DNA from: Octopus sinensis
Lineage: Eukaryota
NCBI RefSeq assembly: GCF_006345805.1
Contig: NC_043012.1
Span: 47,616,001 to 47,680,000, forward strand
DNA length: 64,000 nucleotides
Reading direction: 5' to 3'
The stretch's first letter is position 1. Each line of letters starts with the position of its first letter. Below, piece after piece: positions 27,060 through 39,417 of this stretch. The notes beneath the pieces are model-generated. The model was not told the origin of the DNA, did not search any database, and saw only the letters and a list, made by a program, of their open reading frames with translations. Made by a program: the position numbers and the translations under genes.

Positions 27060-27265
27060 AACTATGATCAGTATCAGTGCTTAGCACATTTGCCAAGCTG
27101 TATCGGCCTCAGCCTTTACCTTGGATAAAATCGGTGGCGTGGAGAGTGGAGGCTGGTATGCGAGGGCGACTGCTGGTCTTCCATGAACAACCTTGCCCAG
27201 ACTTGTGCCTCGGAGCGTAACTTTCTAGGTGCAATCCCATGGTCATTCATGGCCGAAGGGGATCA
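27060..27265 (+). mobile_element. Short retroposon 3' fragment followed by CAA and (TCTA)n repeats
   Basis: GC-rich island ending GGTGCAATCCCATGGTCATTCATGGCCGAAGGGGATC; recognised as an interspersed repeat, family not assigned. Confidence 0.5.
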
Positions 27266-27274
27266 CAACAACAA

Positions 27275-27325
<51 letters not shown>

Positions 27326-28069
27326 ATATCTATCTATCTATCTATCTAAGAACTAAAGTTTTAGGTGTGGTTGCGGGTGCAGCCTGAACAGTCGCAATAG
27401 GATGAACTAGGTACGGCAGTGCCACATACTTAAAATACGGCAAATTGATCTTAAGAACTCAAAAGTGATAAATAGTAATATGACCTACATTTCTGGCAGT
27501 TAATTTCTTCCTTTGAACAGTAATGTTAAAAGGTTAGTTTGAGCTATTTTTAGAACGATACCACCATGCGGTTGAATAAATGAATGAATAAATAAATGAA
27601 TAAATAAATAAATAAATAATATAAAAAGCTTTTTCGGTTGGAATTATTTCCCATTTCGAATGAATAAAAATTAGCTGTGAAAATGCCCTGATGAAGTCCT
27701 TGATGGGTTTTAGCGTCGTAATGCACTAAAAGATGCGGAAGAGGCATCTTGATAGCGGCGGAAACGTTACATAGGCAAAAAAAGAAGATAAATGACTGCA
27801 TAAAGGAAAACATGTTGGATATTCTCTCTTCTCTGTTTTCTTTAAATTGATTCATTATTATTTCTCCTCTAATGAAAAGCATGCAACCTCTACAGAGACA
27901 ACAGGATTTTCAGTCGTGAGAATGTACGAAGAAGAGTTAAACCGACCAACTGAAGGTATTTAAGCTCACGAATGTTAATCAGCATCACCAATCGATAAAA
28001 GTCGATTATATATCTCCGTCAACTAAAAATTTAGAAAATGTTGGAAACTATATGTATATATGTATCAAA

Positions 28070-28910
28070 AATATATTAAAAAATACAAAAAGGGACGAGA
28101 ACGCAAGACACTCAAATAAACGACACAAAAAACGGACGGGTCATTCGAAGCCTCTAATCTTCAGTCCAGAACCGGATCAGCCTCGCAATTTCGGCTGATT
28201 AATCTTGAGATCGCTCCGATCCGGCCAGCCCCAAGGAAAAACTAAGCTACGAGCATTAGATTTCTTGGGAAAAGGATACGAAACAAGAACAGAAAAACGG
28301 ACGATGCCACACGAATATAAATACAAAAAACAATAATAGTAATAACTGGACAAAAACAGCGGGTGTCTTACGACTTTAGACAGTTCAACTTAGCTTAACT
28401 GGCGTATTTGGAAAAAAAATGCCTTTACGGCAGTCGAAGAAATCGATGTTGTCGTGGCGGTGCTCAGAAGCCGAAAGGCTAGTTGACCGGCGGTCACGTG
28501 AGAGGAGAAGAAAGAGAAAAAAAGGGGCAAAGGAATCAAAGAGAGAGAGAAAAAAGGAGGGACAAAGGCACCAAAGGAGAGGGTGGAAGAAGAGAGAGAA
28601 AGAAGGAATTAAAGAGGGGAGAAGAAAGAGAGCGTGCCAAGGATTGACTTGACGACAGAATCAGTGAGGTGCAAAGTGAGAAAGACAGAGAAATGTGAGA
28701 GAGTGGGGAAAGAGGAGACCAAAGAATCAGAGGCGAGAAAAGAGAAAGACAGAGACTACTGAAGTATAGAGAAAATGTGTGTAGAAGTCGTACAGTAGTG
28801 GAATGCTTACATACATAAGAGAACAAGATTACGTTACGCCCCAATAATATATGTATAAAAAATATATATAAAAATACAAAAAGGGACAAGAACGCAAAAC
28901 ACTCAAATAT
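28070..28910 (-). mobile_element. Non-coding element with ~50-bp terminal direct repeats (pseudo-LTR-like, PLE-like)
   Basis: AAAAATACAAAAAGGGAC(G/A)AGAACGCAA(G/A)ACACTCAAATA at ~28080-28122 and ~28870-28910. Confidence 0.6.
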
Positions 28911-28911
28911 A

Positions 28912-29155
28912 TATCTGTAATATAATATGTGATAACTATTCGGTTGCCATAATGAAACTGAGAGTTTCAGATGTCGGGGCGGAAACCTGCACCGACATCT
29001 CTTCAGTTATCGAGGCTTTTTATTTCATTATTTCATAACATATTTTGATTGCCGCGATAACTGAAGAGATGGTGGTGCAGCTTTCCGCCTAGACATCCGA
29101 AACACTGAGTTTTATTATGGCAACCGAATAATTGTCACATATTATATTACAGATA
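28912..29155. mobile_element. Fold-back element, 101-bp arms (28912-29012 / 29055-29155), each with an HHR-like motif
   Basis: Arms align end to end with scattered mismatches; right arm GAUAA-CUGAAGA-GAUG..CAUC-C-GAAA-C-ACUGA-GU-U-UUAUU. Confidence 0.85.
29056..29116 (+). ncRNA. Putative type I hammerhead ribozyme (right arm)
   Basis: Stem I GAUAA/UUAUU, CUGAAGA, stem II closable by G-C with a 1-nt bulge, GAAA, helix III AC/GU, GUU triplet. Confidence 0.45.
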
Positions 29156-29332
29156 AATTCCTGTATTTAGATAATATTGAGGTCTCTTTCATTCTTTTCT
29201 TGCCTTACCATTAGTATTAATATATATATATGATTGAGATTCAGTTGAGTTAGGTTCTTAAGTTGAAACACCAATTCAGTGCGATATTATCTGTACAGCT
29301 CGAAGTAAGATGAATAAAATCAAAATAAGCAA

Positions 29333-29933
29333 CAGGATATCAAGTAGTGATGCAGTACGACCGTTTCAAGCGGCTCCATATAATTGAACAATCCAGCCAT
29401 TACATAAATTTAAATGCAGTACCATTTTCAGCTGCACAAATAACTAAATAGTATTTTAACCAATCGGACACATTAATATAATTTTTCTCAAATATTTTAA
29501 CTGAGCCGGAAGATACCCAATTGACTACTCCTAATATCGTCAGAATTTATGACCATACCTAGCCATGAGCTGTCAACTCACTCTTTTCCTTATTCAATTC
29601 AAAATAGACACAATTTTCTAGTCTTAGATTTAGTAGTCGATAAAGAGATCAATGAATTAGAAATGAATTAAAATCCTTTACGACATTATTACCCTAATAA
29701 TCTCCATGCGATTCTTGGAAGTGTAGTCTATTCTTAGCTAAAATAGCGACAACATGAATTTGTTTCAACTTTTTGCTCTGTTAAAATATTTGAGAAAAGT
29801 ATATTATTGTGTCCGACTGGTTAGAATTTTATTTATTTATATATGCAGCTGAAGATGGCGTTGAATTTAATTGCATGTTCAATTAAATGGAGCCACTTGA
29901 AACGGTCATACTCCATCACTATTTTATATTCTG
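29333..29933. mobile_element. Second fold-back element (arms 29333-29506 / 29775-29933), each with an HHR-like motif
   Basis: GTTAAAATATTTGAGAAAA...GTGTCCGA.TGGTTA...TGCAGCTGAA(G/A)ATGG...TGGAGCC(A/G)CTTGAAACGGTC(G/A)TACT(G/C)CATCACTA is shared in inverted orientation. Confidence 0.85.
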
Positions 29934-29994
29934 ATGCTTATTTTTACCCCCCCCCTCTCTCTCTCTTTTCTCTCTCCCTCCTCTCTCTCTCTTG

Positions 29995-30028
<34 letters not shown>

Positions 30029-30055
30029 ATATATATATATTATATAATATAATAT

Positions 30056-30445
30056 TAAAGGGTGAAAAGGAACACACGAGTTGATATATATGAAAAACAA
30101 GTAAAAAATAGAAAATGCTAAAATAATTTTATAGTGAACATTTCAGTACCGGTTTCGGTCATTTTGAGACCTTTTCAACTGTAACGATTAAATTTAAATT
30201 AGAAAAATTAGAAGAAAAGTTTTCTTAAAAGAATATTTCTATAGTAGTGTTCAGATTTAAGTGGCATCTGCCTTTCTCTGACTCCCTTGTTTGCACTTGT
30301 GTGGTTCGAGGTAGTTGTGAGTTCTTGGTAGGGTAGTAGAGGGAAGGCTGGTGAGGAAAGGGGGGTGGGAGAATCTGGGAGTGCCCTGATGGTCGTATTT
30401 TGAATGGTCAGTGCGGCTGGCAGTCTCAGTTCAATCAGGAGAATA
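30056..30445 (-). mobile_element. (TA)n-embedded short element with minimal hammerhead motif
   Basis: Minus strand CAG-UUGAAAA-GGUC-UCAAAAU-GACC-GAAA-CCGGU-A-CUG at 30144-30181; (TA)n on both flanks. Confidence 0.7.
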
Positions 30446-30464
30446 TTTATATTATATATATATA

Positions 30465-30513
<49 letters not shown>

Positions 30514-30589
30514 ATATATATTATATATATATATATATATACTATATATATATATATTAATATATATATTATATATATATAAACCAGAC

Positions 30590-31180
30590 CGCTAGTTGGA
30601 TGGAAACTCAGAACTTTCAAAACAAGAGAAAAGGAGATATTGACGGGCCTTCGGAGGACATACGTCCTAAGCCGCTTGGAATACTTCTGCGAACTACGGT
30701 CACCACACGATATAATATTCACGGTAGCACTTGAAGCAACCCAACGAATCTACAGTAAAAATCGTTTCCATGCAACATATTAGCTACTGGAATAGACTGA
30801 AAGAATTAAAACTCTTCTCCTTGGAACGAAGGCAGGAAAGATATGCAGTGATATACATCTAGAAAATCTAGGATAGCCTTGTACCAAACTTTGGTATTGA
30901 AAGTTGCTCAAACAGTTGAACGGAGCGTCGCTGCATAGTGCTAAAGATCCCAGCAAAATACAGGAGCAGTTACTGCAACAGCTTCGCTTTCAAGGACCCA
31001 CAACTCTTCAAAATCCTCCAAAATGCTTGAGAGACCAGTATGGTGTGATTGCAATTGTCTTTAAAACAAAACTGGATCTCTACCTATCAAGGGTTCAAGA
31101 TGAGCATACTTTCCGGTAGAAAAAACAGACGAAGGCAGTGGCATCAAACTCCCTGATTGACCAAGTACCACATATCTGAG
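30590..31180 (+). pseudogene. CR1-like LINE 3' fragment (RT C-terminus)
   Basis: TYVLSRLEY.C, SYWNRLKELKLFSLERRQERYAVIYI, FKTKLDLYLSRVQDE, SNSLIDQ; stops and frameshifts. Confidence 0.8.
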
Positions 31181-31316
31181 TAGGTTTCAAATAATAGTGT
31201 AACACAGTCAACGGTGGTGCCTCAGCAGGGCCGCAGCTTTGAAGCTGAAACATTTTAAAAGATTCTAAAGTTTTCTATATGGGTGTATGTATCTATCTAT
31301 CTATATATATATATAT

Positions 31317-31676
31317 CATCATCATGGCTCGGCTTCGCGAACGAAGATCAGGAAGGCTGTCCACGTCGAGTGCATGCACGCGCATGACTTACAAGTCCGA
31401 TATGGGAAAGGCAGGTCTGTGAGCAGTGTCCACAGACGAAGGTAACATCCGGTGTGGTGTCAGAGGCGGCTCGCGCCTTCCTCCTGCGTCTCTTGTCTTT
31501 AAGTGCGTCTCTTCATTGTTTCTCAAACTTGCTGACTGCGTTGAAGATTGTGTGGCGCCAGACATCACGGTCCGCAGCCAGGTCTGACCAGCATTGGGGG
31601 TTAATTTGACATGCTGTTAGATACTTCTTGAGGCAGTCTTTGTAGCGCTTCCTCGGAGCTCCTCTCACTCGGTGAG
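31317..31676 (-). pseudogene. RTE-clade LINE 3' end with C-terminal zinc finger and (TGA)n tail
   Basis: RGAPRKRYKDCLKKYL...AADRDVWR...FVCGHCSQTCLSHIGLVSHARAC, then GATCTTCGTTCGCGAAGCCGAGCCATGATGATG. Confidence 0.88.
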
Positions 31677-31746
31677 AGTATATATATGTATGTATGTATG
31701 TATGTATATGTATATATATATATATATATAATATATATATATATAT

Positions 31747-32413
31747 TCATATATGTTTCTGGGGGATCGGAGATCCATAATAATGTTCGTAGATGTAGTT
31801 CATCACAATATGCCGTCGTACAGATGCAATTACCATTGGATAAGCCAAGCCGTTATCATCAGGGTGGAGAAGAACGTACATTTCAGATCTTAACGTAGAG
31901 AATTTCGAAGATGAACGATCTCTACCCTGATGATGGTGGGCGTATTACGGCTGTTGGACGTATAGAATCTTTCATCCACCCCTTTAATTCCCTTTGTTGT
32001 TTGTACTCCGTGTAAGACGGACCAATTGATATAAATATTTATATATTTATATTCGTCTGAAAGTTTCCACCATTTGCTTTCTCTGGTTTTGCAGGTATAC
32101 ATACAGTATGTCCGTATTTTTTTATTTCATACCCAAACAATTATATTGGATAAATTTAATTTATTTAATATATTTAATGTATCTATTTCATTTATTTATC
32201 CGCACAATTCCCTCTCTATGCCCTCTCAACTCGATCCCTCTTACACCCTTTCTTTTACCTTGTAGAATCGATTCTCTGTAAAGCCTTCGGAATCTAAGAT
32301 GATCTTCTTGAACAATACTAAGTATTTTCTTTACAGAAATCTCTGGATCATCTCTGGACTTTGTACGCACACGCACACAAACACACACACAAACACACAC
32401 ACAAACACACACA

Positions 32414-32451
<38 letters not shown>

Positions 32452-32504
32452 ATATATATATATATATACACATGCAAACATACATATATACATACGTACG
32501 TACA

Positions 32505-32562
<58 letters not shown>

Positions 32563-33226
32563 TATATATATATTATATATATATATATATATATTCATAT
32601 ATGTTTCTGGGGGATCGGAGATCCATAATAATGTTCGTAGATGTAGTTCATCACAATATGCCGTCGTACAGATGCAATTACCATTGGATAAGCCAAGCCG
32701 TTATCATCAGGGTGGAGAAGAACGTACATTTCAGATCTTAACGTAGAGAATTTCGAAGATGAACGATCTCTACCCTGATGATGGTGGGCGTATTACGGCT
32801 GTTGGACGTATAGAATCTTTCATCCACCCCTTTAATTCCCTTTGTTGTTTGTACTCCGTGTAAGACGGACCAATTGATATAAATATTTATATATTTATAT
32901 TTCGTCTGAAAGTTTCCACCATTTGCTTTCTCTGGTTTTGCAGGTATACATACAGTATGTCCGTATTTTTTTATTTCATACCCAAACAATTATATTGGAT
33001 AAATTTAATTTATTTAATATATTTAATGTATCTATTTCATTTATTTATCCGCACAATTCCCTCTCTATGCCCTCTCAACTCGATCCCTCTTACACCCTTT
33101 CTTTTACCTTGTAGAATCGATTCTCTGTAAAGCCTTCGGAATCTAAGATGATCTTCTTGAACAATACTAAGTATTTTCTTTACAGAAATCTCTGGATCAT
33201 CTCTGGACTTTGTACGCACACGCACA

Positions 33227-33302
<76 letters not shown>

Positions 33303-33336
33303 CACATGCAAACATACATATATACATACGTACGTA

Positions 33337-33415
<79 letters not shown>
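31747..33415. repeat. Near-identical tandem duplication, ~849-bp period
   Basis: TTCATATATGTTTCTGGGGGATCGGAG starts at ~31747 and ~32595; ORF track repeats at an offset of 848-849; unique parts differ by one visible T indel, microsatellites differ in length. Confidence 0.95.
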
Positions 33416-33832
33416 TCCTCTTCATATATACATATATTTATGTGTGTGCCTGTGTGTGTGTATGTGTGTGTGAGCGTATGATGAGTTTGTATTGCAGAAT
33501 GTCGGTGATATACGGACACACGTAGGGAATGATAAAAGAGAAGGAAATATGACAAAAGACTACATAGATTTGAAGAATATATACTGTTGTATTTAATATA
33601 AAGGAATGTTCAACGTTATTGTTACGCTATAAACGCACTCATCTTACATATCGACTCAAATTTCATTTTTGTCCTTGTTTCTGTTAACTGCATGTAACTC
33701 TTACTAAAAGTAACTTTCATTATATATAACAAGGAATTCCTTTCACTAACATGTACTCATAAATATGCATTAATATAGACACATGCACATTTATTGTCTC
33801 ACAAAATATATAACTATCTTCCTCTTACTCTT

Positions 33833-33875
<43 letters not shown>

Positions 33876-34165
33876 ATCTATCTATCTATCTCTTTTTTCT
33901 CCACTCACACTCATGCACGCAATAACACACACACGCACAGATCGCGTGTGCGTGATTGTATGCGTCCGACACCCAACAGTTGCTCCGTTCAGGTTTCGGT
34001 TTTAATGTTGTTCGCGTTAAAACCCCAACCTCGCGTGTACCCACAGGCTCTTCGTAATCGACATTAGGTTGTAACAGAATACACAGATCACAGCAATAAA
34101 AAATATGACTTGGACATTGACTTCATACTCACTTATTTCATCTCGTCTATATTGTTGGCGTTGAA

Positions 34166-34394
34166 GGCGGCGAGCTGGCAGAAACGTTAGCACGCCGGGC
34201 GAAATGCTTAGCGGTATTTCGTCTGCCGCTACGTTCTGAGTTCAAATTCCGCCGAGGTCGACTTTGCCTTTCATCCTTTCGGGGTCGATAAATTAAGTAC
34301 CAGTTCGCACTGGGTCGATATAATCGACTTAATCCGTTTGTATGTCCTTGTTTGTCTCCTCTATGTTTAGTCCCTTGTGGGCAGTAAAGAAATA
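34166..34394 (+). mobile_element. tRNA-SINE family A, near consensus, with target-site duplication
   Basis: Full A/B box head, core and tail; TATATTGTTG(G/A)CGTTG at 34148-34163 and 34395-34410 (16 bp, 1 mismatch). Confidence 0.95.
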
Positions 34395-34772
34395 TATATT
34401 GTTGACGTTGTGCTTATTTATCATATTGATCCAATAGTATCCATCTAGATATAGCACCTTTAGTGTAACGTATGTAAAAGATGAAATGGGACTGAATCTG
34501 GAACAATGTGGTTTAGAAACAAACTTCTAACCATACATCCAATGCGGCGCCTAAATAAGTAGTAAGGTCTCACCGACTGTTATAAAGATAAATTATATCA
34601 TAGTTTAATAATGTTATACGTGAATGCGTGTGCGTGTGCGTGTTTGTATGTGTCTAGACCTACCTGTGTGAGTGGCGTTTCTTTGTACCTGCGTGTGTGA
34701 GCATGTGTGTCTGGGTTGGGGTTACTTGCTTTTGAGGTTTGAGGCCTTTACATTTTGTATATCATTTACTTC

Positions 34773-34820
<48 letters not shown>

Positions 34821-34846
34821 GTGTGTGTGTGTGTGTATATATATAT

Positions 34847-34880
<34 letters not shown>

Positions 34881-34896
34881 ATATATATATACATAC

Positions 34897-34929
<33 letters not shown>

Positions 34930-36064
34930 ATATATATGCACTGAATATTCGAGTTCAAGTGGAACGGACGCACCACACAAAATGCATGTAGTCGTTGCCC
35001 GGGTCGTTGATAACAATAACCTCACGACCAACTCGTATTGCAATACATGCCTCTGATAAGGAATTTTTTTTCAAATTGTACAAATCAGTGAACACGGTGT
35101 GCATTCCGACCAATGAATGGACACGCACCGTGGGCGGACTTGTGTGCCTCTGACCTTAATTTGCCCTTGCACAGAAGCGTGTTGTTGTTGTTATCTTCAC
35201 TGATGTTATTAGTCAGACATTTGTTTTCCATCGCAACGCCTGCGTTATAGTATAAGTTCAACTAGTGTGAAAAATAGAGAGATTATAGTAAAATCCTTAC
35301 AATCGTTGCGGCTTATGGAACGAATAATAAGAATCAATAAAATACTAATAATGATACGCAAATTTGCATTTTGGGGGTTGAATAAAGAGAAAAATGGTAA
35401 TGGCAAAAAAGGCTTTAGTCATTGCTTTGCGCCTTTACCTCACTTAAACAGAAATAGGCTCAATCCTATGCTTAATCCTGTGCTTAATCTTGGGGAAAAT
35501 TTTATTGAGAACGTTCCTTTGGCAATCCTGATTCGTTTACTGCCCAAAAAATCTACATGGACAAAGTGTTTTCATTAGTAATGTCAGAGGTGATCACAGA
35601 TATACCGGAACACGGTTCATTGGTAAATTTTCAGTAGGGTTTGTACAAAACAATTGTCTCACAATACTTCAAGACATTGTTTAATAATCGAATACTAAAG
35701 ACGTTCACATTGGATTTTTAGTTGCGGCACAAAGGACATTATTAACGAAAATGTGTCAATAATTGGTTTTAAAAGTCATGTTTTTTTAATAATTTTCCGT
35801 TGACAAATAGGGTTTCGTGTATCACAAATTCACTCATAACACTCTTTGTACTTTGCTGCGTGTTTTGACATAAAAAAACTTTAAAATTGGCAACGTAGAT
35901 TAAACGCAAATCCAAATATTGCCCGAAAATGACCTCAAAATTGTGCGACCCGCCCTCGTTTAGAAGGCTAATTCTGTAATTAATATATATATATATATAT
36001 ATAACTACATAAGGTTTAGTAAAAAAAAATGATCACTTACCTACCTTGTCGATGTGGGGATTAC

Positions 36065-36105
<41 letters not shown>

Positions 36106-36719
36106 ATTTGATATATAGTGATTAAACACATGGATTAAACGTTGACTTAAGAATTAATATGTAATGTAAATGCGCTGTAACGTTGCAACTGCTACCATAA
36201 TTATTAACAGGTAACTGAACGGCAAAGATGATCTTAGTGTTATCACAGTAGAATCAAAAGCATAAGAATTAAAGTGAAACAATATTAAAGTTAGAATTAA
36301 AAGTGAAACAAGAAAAGTGAGACGATATTATATCATATTACAATATAGATGTAATTGTTTCACTTTTGACACGCAATACAGAACCATTCTATGAGATTGA
36401 TCCGGGTCCGCGTTAGGTAAGAAGATGAAAATTTCCTTTGCCCATAACACTCTATAGACCCTAAGTAATGCATGTAAAATTTGAATGACATCAGTTAGGT
36501 AGTTCTCGAGTTTTAGGGCTTCAGGCATACAGACATACAGACTGACACACACACACCTATATATGTCATTTTTCATTTGTCCTAATTCTTTTTCATATCT
36601 TTTTATCGCTCTTTTGTTTTGATCTGTCTTGTAAATGATACACCCAAGTGTGTTTCAGCATGTCAGATGATAACGTAATTAAGTGTACTTAAGAATATTA
36701 AGCTTGAAATGAGTTGCAA

Positions 36720-37075
36720 TGCTCAGCTATGATAATGTAGTTAAGAATGTTTTGCTAACGAGTTGTTTCTAGTTCATTCCCACTATGTGGCATCTTAGTC
36801 AGTAAACTTCGATTGCAACGCTGGGTGGCCATTACTAGTGAGTGACATTGGTAGGCGGAAACTGCGTAGAAGACTGTCATGCGCATACGCGCATACACAC
36901 GCGCACACATACGCACACACATATGTGTAACCGTGTGTGTTTGTACTTTTGTTTCTCACGCACGATGGCTTGGCGATCGGTGTTGGATTTTTTTTACATA
37001 TTCTTAACTTAGTGTTTCGGTAATATTAACAGAGTTTAACCATAAGTTCTGGGATTTAAAAAAATCCCATAAAGC
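36720..37075 (+). mobile_element. Highly degenerate SINE family B
   Basis: GTAGTTAAGAATG...TTCATTCCCACTATGTGGCATCTT...TTGGTAGGCGGAAACTG. Confidence 0.5.
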
Positions 37076-37699
37076 CGGAGCCCTCACAAACCCGCAGTCA
37101 AATTTCTTGTGACTGAAGTAAACACATAAATTTCAGTCATACGCATGGTAATTGAATTGATTGAGTTAATCATCTGATACTTATTTTCAGGCCCCTGCAA
37201 TAATGAAATGCATGTTCGGCCAATGCGTTACTCGTAGTCAGAACATAAAGGAGCGTAGCTGAATATTACAACCATTCTTTCCAGTGTTTTAACAATTTTC
37301 TAACTTCCCTAACGTCAATTACTTCATAAATAAAATACTTATGTTTATATTAATCATTGACATTAGGCTTTTATCCTTTTCTGGAGAAACACACCTGTAA
37401 ATATTTCTAATTGTTGGACGAATTAATAAATATATAGCACTGGAAGTTCTACTGGAAGTTCCGTCCATTGTTCACTTTTCTGTGGTCTAACTATACATTA
37501 TACATTTCGTACCAGTACACGGATTCTTTCTTTTACGAGAGCTCCTTGCCTCTCTACTTCTTTAGTCCGTAGATTCAGTTACCTTAGGCTTTTCTAAAAT
37601 GATACTCTAGTTCGCCTCCTGGGGTAGCAGCGACAACATGATGCTGTAGTAATTTTTGCTGTCATACCATGAGTCGAGCTTACTTATCTTCTTTTTAAT

Positions 37700-38945
37700 T
37701 CTTTCTATGCTATTCCCTGAAGTACTTCTCTATAGCAAGAAACCGCATTTACGTCATTTTCCCTGATGGTTTTGAATTTTCTCAAGGCTTATTTACGCAA
37801 CCTGTCTCTTTGGCTGTTGTCCAAGAACTTCATGCAGTGAATGAAGTGATGTATGCGTCTCCCCAATTACCTTGTGTCACATATGCGAGACACGTTTCTC
37901 ATCATCCTTATCAACTCCGCTATTAAGATATTGAACTTAGTATCATCCGTAATTTTATGTTCCGGTGGAACACGTACTTGGAAGCTATGATCTTGGCATA
38001 GTGTGAATGGTGAATTTGGACTTTGTTGTGTGATTTGTATCTTTCTTCGTAACACCGTTATATGTGTCAGACTTCTGAGACGCACCATCGTGCTAAACAA
38101 ACTTAGCCAATTTGTAATTATATTCATGTAGAACTAGTTTCGCTTTCTTAAGAAGGTATTGATTTGTTGTCGTGTCATGCATTGGTAACATTTCAAGCAA
38201 CTATTCACAAATATTAAAATGAGAATAGGAAGCCATGATAAAAATAGCAAGCTAATATCAATAGTTTCCCCAATAGCAATTGAAGACTGTGCGAACTTTC
38301 GTCCGATTTTTCAAATCATCTGACATTTCACCTCATCTTTCGAAACATACACGCGGGGGACCTTCGTATTTAGTGTAGGAAAACCCGTGAGCATTTCATA
38401 GTATCTTTTCAAGTTGTATTCCTTCGGTGTAGCGATGCAGTTATTGCAAATTAGACAATCTAATTTTTGGTTCACAATTGTAGCGAACCAACGCAACTCA
38501 CTCTTTTCTTGAAAAGCATGACCCTCCTTATTCAATCTTCTCTTTTTGCTATCTAACAGAGGACTAGCCGTCGTAAAAGAACTTTCAGCGCTCCAAATCT
38601 TCTCTGTGTTATAAATGTGTAACAATAGAGACTATGGACTAAATCCCGCCTGCATTCAGGACACAAATTTTACTGAAGGATATTGAAAACTACTTCATAA
38701 AACTACTTCAAAATTACAAGATCTACAACCGAACATTAGTTATAATTTAAAATTTTGTCATATCAATTCTTTATTATTAAGTAACCATCTTTTAAAACCT
38801 TTTATTTGCTCATCAATAAACCTAATTTTATTAATTAAAGTATTATTAATTTTTCCTTATAACTACAAATTGTGGTGCTTCCCAATTTTTAAACGAGTCT
38901 CACTTGGGCTTTGAAAATTGCTGCATGCAGCCCGCGATCATCTTT
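37700..38945 (-). pseudogene. hAT transposase remnant (GTF2IRD2/SPIN-like)
   Basis: AFQEKSELRWF...CLICNNCIATPKEYNLKRYYE (BED-like finger); SIAIGETIDIS (~SLALDESTDIS); LLEMLPMHDTTT; DGA; end-like CGCGGGCTGCATGCAGC near 38920-38937. Confidence 0.8.
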
Positions 38946-39382
38946 TAAGACACGCCCAGTATGTAGGACAAAATCATATACAATATATTCTTAGTCAAAA
39001 GAGGGACCAATCCTATACAAAGAATTCACTCACGACTAAGGAATTTCTTTTACACGGAGACACTGCATACAAACCCTACTATTAATAAGGAATTAAGTAA
39101 ATCCGGTAGTTCAATTTCTTGGCGAACTGTGTGTTTCATAAAGCACTACTGCGTTAACAGTAATTTGTTTCACTGCTATACCTTTCGACATTATATATCC
39201 ATAGATTTTGAGGGAATCCGTTTGTATAGGTAGATGTAACAGCGTGTCTTTCAATTCGAATGTCTCCTGGGACAGATTTATTTATAATGAACACGAATAT
39301 ATACATATCTGTAGAGCTGTGCCTGCATTCACATACATTTTGATAGATCCTTGTATGTATGAATCGATATAAGTATGTATGA

Positions 39383-39417
<35 letters not shown>

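Noticed and set aside
31855-31960. 16-bp inverted repeat containing CTGATGA on both strands
   Set aside because: Same outward geometry as the fold-backs, but no GAAA or helix pairing downstream; too decayed to call
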